The notes below the pieces were generated by a model, which did not search any database, was not told the DNA's origin, and saw only the letters and a list, made by a program, of their open reading frames with translations. The translations under genes and the position numbers were made by a program. This document shows positions 57,811 to 64,000 of a DNA stretch of 64,000 nucleotides, in pieces. The first letter of the stretch is position 1. The number at the start of each line of letters is the position of its first letter. The DNA comes from an uncultured archaeon (GTDB lineage Archaea > Asgardarchaeota > Hermodarchaeia > Hermodarchaeales > Hermodarchaeaceae): positions 121,243 to 185,242 of the forward strand of contig CAYFXC010000001.1 of the NCBI GenBank assembly GCA_964347045.1. The letters run 5' to 3'.

Positions 57811-58545
57811 ATGAAGCACTCGGTGAACTCTATGCCTAAAGTCAATGATATTATTTCAATGGCGCGTTCCGAAAAGCGTACCTATCTACTGGAACATGAA
57901 TCCAAGACAATAATGAAAATTTACAAACTTCCAGTAATGCAGTTTACGGTGGCTGAAACAGAAGACGAAGCAGTAAAGGCGGCGGATACGATTGGCTATC
58001 CTGTGGTTTTGAAAATTCTAAGCCCCGATGTGATTCACAAAAGTGATGTTGGTGGCGTGATAATTAATGTCAAAGATGCTGATGAAGTTCGAGAGGGTTT
58101 CAAGACTATAGTTGCCAACGTTAAGAAACATAAGGAAAATGTACAAATTCGTGGAATATTTGTTGAAGAGTTTGCCCCGAAAGGGGTCGAGGTTATCATA
58201 GGAGCAATAAAAGATCCTCAATTTGGTCCCGCACTCATGTTCGGATTGGGTGGCATTTTTGTTGAAGTACTTAAGGATGTGAGTTTCCGAGTAGCTCCGA
58301 TTACAAGTTACGATGCTCAGGAGATGATTCAAGAAATCAAGGGTTATCCTATTCTAACAGGAATTCGAGGGCAGGAAGCCCGTGACATAAAAGCGTTGGC
58401 TAATATTTTGCTTCAGGTCTCTAAGTTAGTAACAGATTATCCAGTTATTAACCAACTCGATTTGAATCCTGTCTTTTCTTATCCAAAAGGTGCAAAATGT
58501 GTCGATGCACGGATAATTTTGGAAGAATCTAATGAATCTGAATAG
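57811..58545 (+). CDS. ATP-grasp protein, acetyl-CoA synthetase (ADP-forming) beta-subunit-like
   Basis: 'KIYKLPVMQFTVAETEDEAVKAADTIGYPVVLKILSPDVIHKSDVGGV' ATP-grasp_5 pattern; 244 aa. Confidence 0.7.
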   Translation: MKHSVNSMPKVNDIISMARSEKRTYLLEHESKTIMKIYKLPVMQFTVAETEDEAVKAADTIGYPVVLKILSPDVIHKSDVGGVIINVKDADEVREGFKTIVANVKKHKENVQIRGIFVEEFAPKGVEVIIGAIKDPQFGPALMFGLGGIFVEVLKDVSFRVAPITSYDAQEMIQEIKGYPILTGIRGQEARDIKALANILLQVSKLVTDYPVINQLDLNPVFSYPKGAKCVDARIILEESNESE

Positions 58546-58673
58546 ATTCATATTCTTTTATCAAGGATTTGCCTAGGAGGTGTTAGTGCTCCGTTAGTTT
58601 TAAAAATCCCTCTTGCATACTCCCTCTCACTTTAAAAAATCGCATTAGACGTTTTCTTGTATAAGGTGGTATA

Positions 58674-59543
58674 GTGGCCGAGGACGCGGTTCTGCAGCTT
58701 GCCGAAATTAACCGGCTCGCGACTTCATTGCGTGAGAAGCGTGATGAGCTAAATACTGAAGCTCAACAGCTAGTTAAAGAAAGGGATAAACTCAATGCAC
58801 AGGTTGCTGAGTGGCTCTCAAAGGCTCGTGAGCATCGTGAGAAACGTGATGAGTATAATCAGAAAGTCGCCGAATTCAAAGTTAAACGAGACGAAATCTA
58901 TACGAAATTAAAAAGCAAAGTAGATGAGCGTCAGGACAATGAAGATGAGGTAGAAGGAATTCAGAAGAAGACTTCGGCGCCATCACATGTTCTTCGCCGA
59001 AAAATTCGAGAACTCGATTGGTCTCTACAAACGCAAGTTTTAGATTTAAAACGTGAGCGGGAAATTATCGAAAACATTTCAGAACTTGAAGCGGAACTAA
59101 GAGTTGCAGAAGAGGCTGTAACAAAAAGAAAAGAAAGTGCAAAGGCGCGAACAGAAATTGAGGACTTACGATTGCTAATGAATGCGCACCATAATTCTGT
59201 TCTTGAGTTTGCAAGACTTTCTCAAGAAGAGAACCAGTATATGATTGAAGCATATGCAGAGGTGGATGCACTTCGAAAACGGGCAGATGAAGCACATCGC
59301 AAATATTTAGAAACTCGACGTGAAGCTGATGAGACTCATCGACGATTTCTAGAAGCTAGACAAGAAAATACTCGCCTGAGAAAAGAACTAGGAGAAATCC
59401 GCATTCGAAGGCGTGTGGAGAAAATCCAGGAAATCGGGGAACGACTTGAAGAGAAAGCGTCTGTGGCTCTTGAGAAGCATAAACGTGGGGAACGTTTGAC
59501 TATGGAAGAATTCTCTCTTCTCATGAAGCGTGGATTGCTTTAG
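58674..59543 (+). CDS. Coiled-coil protein (hypothetical)
   Basis: Continuous Glu/Arg/Lys heptad-rich sequence; 289 aa; non-ATG start. Confidence 0.4.
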   Translation: MAEDAVLQLAEINRLATSLREKRDELNTEAQQLVKERDKLNAQVAEWLSKAREHREKRDEYNQKVAEFKVKRDEIYTKLKSKVDERQDNEDEVEGIQKKTSAPSHVLRRKIRELDWSLQTQVLDLKREREIIENISELEAELRVAEEAVTKRKESAKARTEIEDLRLLMNAHHNSVLEFARLSQEENQYMIEAYAEVDALRKRADEAHRKYLETRREADETHRRFLEARQENTRLRKELGEIRIRRRVEKIQEIGERLEEKASVALEKHKRGERLTMEEFSLLMKRGLL

Positions 59544-59549
59544 AAAATC

Positions 59550-59969
59550 TCAACTAGCGATTGGAAGAATTATGTCTGCGGCGTTTTGTAAACCTCTATT
59601 TATCTTAGCCGCAGTATATAACAAAATCACTTCTTTTCCAAGTTCCCTCGCGCGACTTAATAGTGGTAAAAGGTTTTCATTTTCGGTTGTAAGGGCAATC
59701 GTTGTGATTTTTTCATTATAAATGAACTCCATTGCCTCTAAAGCAAAATGGATATCGAGGTCATCGTGGACGATAACCGGAACGAATCCTTCCTCAGCAA
59801 TAATTTTGGAATACTCAACAGCTTGATGTTGTAAAATGACTACCTTTCCAACCTTTATGTCGCCAATTTCTTCTAGGAGTGGTCGAAGTTTGGGTAAAAT
59901 TCCTGAAAGATCTGAGGAAACGCCGCTGTCAACCAATAACGCTACAGCGTTCTTCTTTTTTCGCCTCAT
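59550..59969 (-). CDS. NYN/LabA-like domain protein
   Basis: 'VALLVDSGV', 'HDDLDIHFALEAMEF', 'TTIALTTENENLLPLLSRARELGKEVILL' follow the NYN layout. The usual acidic 'SGDSDF' box is replaced by 'TTENEN'. Confidence 0.5.
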   Translation of the reverse strand: MRRKKKNAVALLVDSGVSSDLSGILPKLRPLLEEIGDIKVGKVVILQHQAVEYSKIIAEEGFVPVIVHDDLDIHFALEAMEFIYNEKITTIALTTENENLLPLLSRARELGKEVILLYTAAKINRGLQNAADIILPIAS

Positions 59970-59980
59970 TTCAGCTTCTC

Positions 59981-60772
59981 CTAGTTTCCAAACCGACGGT
60001 CTCTCTGTTGGTAGGTTCGTAGCGCACGCCAGAAATCAATTTTCCTAATCTCCGGCCAAAAAACATCTGCGAAATATAATTCAGAGTAAGCGGATTGCCA
60101 AAGTAAGAATCCGGACAACCTTTCCTCTCCCGAGGTTCGAATGATAAGTTCAGGATCAGCAATACCTGCGGTGTAGAGGTGTTTTTCAATTGTAGCATCT
60201 GTGATCTCGGATGGATTAAGTGTTCCTTTTTGAACTTTTTTGGCTATGCTTTTAACGGCGTCTACAATCTCTGTACGGCCGCCGTATCCAATTGCCACGT
60301 TTAGGTTAAAATTATCATAGTCAGCTGTTGCGTTCTCCGCTTCTTGAATTGCATTAAGCACACTAGTTGGGAGTAGAGTTAGTTGACCAATGGCACGAAC
60401 TTTAACTTTGTGACGATGGACGACTTCTGATCGAGCTACAGTTTCAAATCTTTCTTGGGCTAAAGCCATGATATGTTGAACCTCTTCTTCTTTTCTGGTA
60501 AAATTCTCCGTGGAAAAGACGTAAATGGTTACAACTTTTACTCCGGCTTCAAAGCACCAGTCGAGAACTTCATCGATACGTTGAGCACCAACCGAATGTC
60601 CGAAGGTACTGTCTTGGTTCTGCTGTTTTGCAAATCGCCGATTTCCATCTAGAATAATACCTACATGCATGGGCATTGGGTTATCCTTGATTTGGCGCCA
60701 AAGATACCACGAGTATAGATGATAGATCGGTCCTACAAGGTTTGTCACTGATAAGTCTCCGGATAGAGCCAA
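59981..60772 (-). CDS. uppS: cis-Prenyltransferase (undecaprenyl/dolichyl diphosphate synthase)
   Basis: 'HVGIILDGNRRFAK' and 'IRTSGEERLSGFLLWQSAYSELYF'. Confidence 0.9.
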   Translation of the reverse strand: MALSGDLSVTNLVGPIYHLYSWYLWRQIKDNPMPMHVGIILDGNRRFAKQQNQDSTFGHSVGAQRIDEVLDWCFEAGVKVVTIYVFSTENFTRKEEEVQHIMALAQERFETVARSEVVHRHKVKVRAIGQLTLLPTSVLNAIQEAENATADYDNFNLNVAIGYGGRTEIVDAVKSIAKKVQKGTLNPSEITDATIEKHLYTAGIADPELIIRTSGEERLSGFLLWQSAYSELYFADVFWPEIRKIDFWRALRTYQQRDRRFGN

Positions 60773-60817
60773 ATGCTCTAGGTATTTAACCTTTGTTTTT
60801 AAGAATTTTCGAAGTAA

Positions 60818-61201
60818 TTATCGGATCAACTTTTTGGCGATTTTCTTTGCCGCCCGTTCCATATTAATAAAAACTAATCCGAGACCAGCAAGAGATTCAG
60901 TATTGGTGCTCACCATTAACACTGAATCCGATCCAACTGCAACCATAATAACTGCTCCAGATCCTCCTTGAGCATAAACTTGGTGTAAGGCGCCTTTCTC
61001 TAAATCTGATGCTGCTCTTTCTCCAACGGTTAGTAAAGCTGCACTCATTGCTGCTAAAAGGGTTTCATCGTATTCTTCTGGAAGTTTGGCTGCAATGGGT
61101 AGTCCATCAATACCAACGACGACAGCGGCTTCTATTTCTTCAACTGTCTCTGTTAAGCTCTCCAAAATTTTTTCAATTTCTGGGGAACTTGATATCATCA
61201 A
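60818..61201 (-). CDS. Roadblock/LC7 (MglB-like) domain protein
   Basis: 'AAVVVGIDGLPIAA...' alpha-beta-beta-alpha-beta-beta fold pattern; 127 aa. Confidence 0.8.
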   Translation of the reverse strand: MMISSSPEIEKILESLTETVEEIEAAVVVGIDGLPIAAKLPEEYDETLLAAMSAALLTVGERAASDLEKGALHQVYAQGGSGAVIMVAVGSDSVLMVSTNTESLAGLGLVFINMERAAKKIAKKLIR

Positions 61202-61208
61202 TTTTAGT

Positions 61209-61796
61209 CTAACTCGCGGATGCTTTTGCAGAGGTTTTAGGATACAAATGATACATCAAAATATCACGAGTTACTTGGCGAAACGCACGTTTAACATTTT
61301 CACCTGTAAGGGCACAGGTTGTGAAATTTGGGGCGTTCCCTAACCCCAATTTAGCCAACATGATGTCTTTTTTCATAGCATTTTGTAAATCTTGTTTGTT
61401 CAACATTACTACAAGACTGATGGAATGTCCGAGGTCCTCACTCACAAACGATCGAAGCTCTGCCATGCTCTCAATATTTGCGTCCATTTGATCAGGTGAC
61501 GAGTCTGCAACAAAAATAATTCCATCAACACCGCTTAAGATAACCTTTCGTTGACCCCTGTGTCGACGCTGACCAGCAACAGTGTAAACATCAAATACTA
61601 CCTGGGCTGTTGCCTGCATTGGTGTATAATCAAAAAATAGTGTTCGTCCAGTGTGATCCGCAACCGAAGTGAATCCGCCTTTATTTAGCCCCTCAACGTG
61701 ATCGTAAATCCAACGTAGTGCTGTTGTTTTACCAGATAACGAAGGTCCCCAGAAGACGATTTTAAAATGTATTCTTCCCTGCGTGTCTTTCTTCAA
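61209..61796 (-). CDS. MglA-like small GTPase
   Basis: G1 'GPSLSGKTT'. G3 is 'TVAGQ' (Asp replaced by Thr, as in MglA 'TVPGQ'). G4 'NKQD'; 195 aa. Flanked on both sides by roadblock genes. Confidence 0.78.
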   Translation of the reverse strand: MKKDTQGRIHFKIVFWGPSLSGKTTALRWIYDHVEGLNKGGFTSVADHTGRTLFFDYTPMQATAQVVFDVYTVAGQRRHRGQRKVILSGVDGIIFVADSSPDQMDANIESMAELRSFVSEDLGHSISLVVMLNKQDLQNAMKKDIMLAKLGLGNAPNFTTCALTGENVKRAFRQVTRDILMYHLYPKTSAKASAS

Positions 61797-61842
61797 AGTA
61801 GGACGGCTCCTTTGTGTTCGCGTTGCTTCTATCCCGTCCCCA

Positions 61843-62313
61843 CTAACCCTTCTCGAGTTCTCCCAATGCAGCTTTAAGCTCTTCCCGCTCAGCGTCGGTC
61901 TTCCCTGCTGCTACAGCAGGCTTTTCAGCCATAAACTCATCAAGAACTTTCGCTAGCTCAGCAGCGGCCTTCATCATGGTTAAGCGTATCATTCCAATAT
62001 TTACTTCCTTATCAGTAATTACACACAATACGCCTTTTCCTGCACCGGCTGCAAAAATTTTACCATCACCAAACTCTGATGTCACGATTGTTAAATCACC
62101 GACATCTAAACTCTTCCCTTGTTCTTCACTAGCACAAAACACGGCACTCGCTATTGCGCCAATGCCATCTACATCCACTGGATAATATGAGAACTTAGAG
62201 ACGTGAGCGATGGTTAGTCCTGTTCTATCGACGAGGATGGTCTTCTTGATTCCTGGTTCGGATTTGATGACATCGGAGAGGATTTCATCAAATTGCCGTA
62301 CGGTTATGGACAC
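61843..62313 (-). CDS. Roadblock/LC7 (MglB-like) domain protein
   Basis: 'ILVDRTGLTIAHV...GVLCVITDKEVNIGMIRL'; 156 aa. Confidence 0.8.
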   Translation of the reverse strand: MSITVRQFDEILSDVIKSEPGIKKTILVDRTGLTIAHVSKFSYYPVDVDGIGAIASAVFCASEEQGKSLDVGDLTIVTSEFGDGKIFAAGAGKGVLCVITDKEVNIGMIRLTMMKAAAELAKVLDEFMAEKPAVAAGKTDAEREELKAALGELEKG

Positions 62314-62394
62314 GGTTTATCCCTTTCCATGGGGCTAGCTTGGCTTTATCTTCGGGAGATGACTTTTAATTCTTGTGTGGAGAACGTGGGAGTC

Positions 62395-62694
62395 TCATCC
62401 TCTCATGACGATGAGAATGTAGTCTTCTTCAGGGGCTACCATGACTTCTCCTTTGGGTGTTGAGATGGTAAGGAAGTTCATGCCGCCTTCTCCTAGTTCA
62501 TCAACAACACGTTTGGCTTTGCCTACCAGCGATGTGACAAGTGCTGCAATAACCTCAGTTGTTTCAGCACTTAGATTGGAGCTAATTGGTAGACCTTCCA
62601 TATTTGTAATAATGACGCCACGAACTCCTTCATGGGCGCCAAGGCGTTTGAGTGAGTCTTTTAGTGCTTTTCCGCCGATCATTGTACTCCACAC
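62395..62694 (-). CDS. Roadblock/LC7 (MglB-like) domain protein
   Basis: '[16 protein letters not shown] ... [24 protein letters not shown]'; 99 aa. Confidence 0.8.
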   Translation of the reverse strand: MWSTMIGGKALKDSLKRLGAHEGVRGVIITNMEGLPISSNLSAETTEVIAALVTSLVGKAKRVVDELGEGGMNFLTISTPKGEVMVAPEEDYILIVMRG

Positions 62695-62848
62695 TCTCTA
62701 GCCACTGACTAGTGGTCTCTTATAGATGTTATAAAAGTTCCCTCTTGTTCGGAGATAATGTAGAAGTTTTGAAAAAAACTATTGCTTCCGTCTTTCTGAC
62801 GGACAGTTTTTAAACATTGACACCAAATCCTTTCTATCGCAACCATTA

Positions 62849-63247
62849 TTGCCATGTTCACTGGCGATGGGTGTGGCTTTCATGCTCGGAAAGAAAGAAG
62901 TTGAACAGATTCTTGCAGACATCATGGATACTATTCCTGAACTTGAGGGGATCATCGCAGCCTCTCAGAGTGGGAAGGTAATTGCAGGACAGACCTTGCG
63001 AGATATGGACCATAGTGCAATCACTTCAAGCGTTGTTGCCCTCTTAAAAGAAACAAAGACGGTAAACAAGGCTGTCGATCAAGGCCCTGTGCAATCTATC
63101 TATTTGGAAACAGACAAAGGTTATACTGTGGCCGTTACTGCTTCAAAAACACTGGTTGTTGCCATCGCCGGAAGGGATGCGGCTCCCAGTTTGGGTCTTA
63201 TAATCAGGAGCCTAAGATCAGCAGTTGATAAGATTGGAAAAAGCTAG
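62849..63247 (+). CDS. Roadblock/LC7 (MglB-like) domain protein
   Basis: 'LEGIIAASQSGKVIAG ... IYLETDKGYTVAVTASKTLVVAIAG'; 132 aa; divergent from the other three. Confidence 0.75.
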   Translation: MPCSLAMGVAFMLGKKEVEQILADIMDTIPELEGIIAASQSGKVIAGQTLRDMDHSAITSSVVALLKETKTVNKAVDQGPVQSIYLETDKGYTVAVTASKTLVVAIAGRDAAPSLGLIIRSLRSAVDKIGKS

Positions 63248-63605
63248 TAAAACTTTTTTTGGTTCTAGCTATCCTCCAAGTTTCGTTCTTTTTCCAATCT
63301 AAAGTCGGCGATCGTTTCTAGGTGGAGTTGTTTCTGGGCACGTCAGAGAAAACTGTGAACAACTTCGCCTTGAAGTTTGGAGTTTCCTACTTTATTCCAT
63401 CGACTCGTACCAGTTGAGCCGAAGGCTATACTTGTCGTTCCGATGGTGTTACCAGTCATAGGAGTTTATTGCTATTTGAAAACAAACTAGAACCTATTCA
63501 ATAGCATATCAACGAATTTTTTAAGTTCCATAATTCATTTCCATTCTGTAGTACCAAGATTTTAACTGGGTTAAAGATAAAAGGAAGAGAGTAGGCGTTT
63601 TTCTC

Positions 63606-64000
63606 GTGGCTTATTTACGTCAAATTTCAATTCAAGGGTTTAAAAGTTTCAGTCCAAAAAAAACCACTATTGATCTAAGTAGGGGTTTTACTGCAATCGT
63701 TGGTGAAAATGGCTGTGGTAAAAGCAACATTTTGGATGCTGTTTGCTTTGTACTTGGTCGTTTGAGTAGCAAATCTTTGCGTGCTGAGAATTTTGCTTCA
63801 TTGCTATTTAATGGTGGTTCTGGTAATTCTCCCGCAAAATTGTGCCGTGTTAGTCTCGTTTTTGATAATACTGATCGCCAATTTCCCATTGATGCAAATG
63901 AAATAACAATAAGTCGAGAAGTCGATGAAACTGGAATTAGTGCATATCGAATAGGTGGCAAACGGGTTACGCGTACCGAAATGATTGATACAATAGCAGT
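63606..64000 (+). CDS. smc: SMC chromosome segregation ATPase, N-terminal fragment (runs off the window)
   Basis: GTG start. 'ISIQGFKSFSPKKTTIDLSRGFTAIVGENGCGKSNILDAVCFVLG' is the SMC N-terminal Walker A region. Missed by the ORF track because there is no stop in the window; the listed antisense 109-aa ORF is spurious. Confidence 0.85.
   Translation, partial: MAYLRQISIQGFKSFSPKKTTIDLSRGFTAIVGENGCGKSNILDAVCFVLGRLSSKSLRAENFASLLFNGGSGNSPAKLCRVSLVFDNTDRQFPIDANEITISREVDETGISAYRIGGKRVTRTEMIDTIA

Noticed and set aside
63632-63961. 109-aa minus-strand ORF
   Set aside because: It is antisense to a clear SMC N-terminal coding region on the plus strand, which is unlisted only because it lacks a stop in the window.
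1-64000. CRISPR arrays, rRNA genes, intact IS elements/integrases
   Set aside because: I found no regularly spaced direct repeats, no rRNA-like conserved blocks, and no intact transposase/integrase ORF. Only the degraded HuH-like remnant was reported.

Overview
This 64 kb window is a gene-dense, AT-rich (about 40% GC by eye) archaeal chromosomal segment, with about 70 protein-coding genes on both strands. It also carries three tRNA genes, all interrupted by archaeal-type introns, and one of them carries two introns (anticodon loop plus T-loop).

The archaeal origin is clear from the core genes: thermosome, RpoK, proteasome beta subunit, Sm protein, NucS/EndoMS, the HerA-NurA pair, ATP-dependent DNA ligase, CCA-adding enzyme, RtcA, Nog1, Taw1, Rio2, a GPN-loop GTPase, NFACT/Rqc2, indolepyruvate ferredoxin oxidoreductase, an Fae-Hps fusion, NMNAT, RibK/RibL, UppS, an SMC N-terminus and IleRS.

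Several eukaryote-signature proteins are layered on this backbone and suggest an Asgard-type (Loki-like) archaeon; this is inference:
- a profilin-like protein (17.9 kb);
- a Rab/Ras-like small GTPase (48.1 kb);
- a compact cluster (60.8-63.2 kb) holding one MglA-like small GTPase surrounded by four roadblock/LC7 (MglB-like) paralogs;
- a bacterial/eukaryotic type-I GAPDH.

Other notable features:
- A compositionally distinct, GC-richer island at 24.8-27.2 kb. It holds a double-LAGLIDADG-like ORF fused in frame to a start-less HuH (IS200-like) remnant, preceded by an unrelated ORF that ends in a triple TAA.
- A run of four uncharacterised winged-helix proteins at 27.5-29.8 kb, one with an N-terminal zinc ribbon plus tandem winged-helix domains and one with a TFIIB/cyclin-like repeat.
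- All three AmmeMemoRadiSam components, dispersed rather than in an operon.
- A 454-nt non-coding gap between convergent genes.

The ORF track treats TTG/GTG starts as M, so many N-termini are probably over-extended. Coordinates I derived myself (tRNAs, alternative starts) are accurate to within a few nt.
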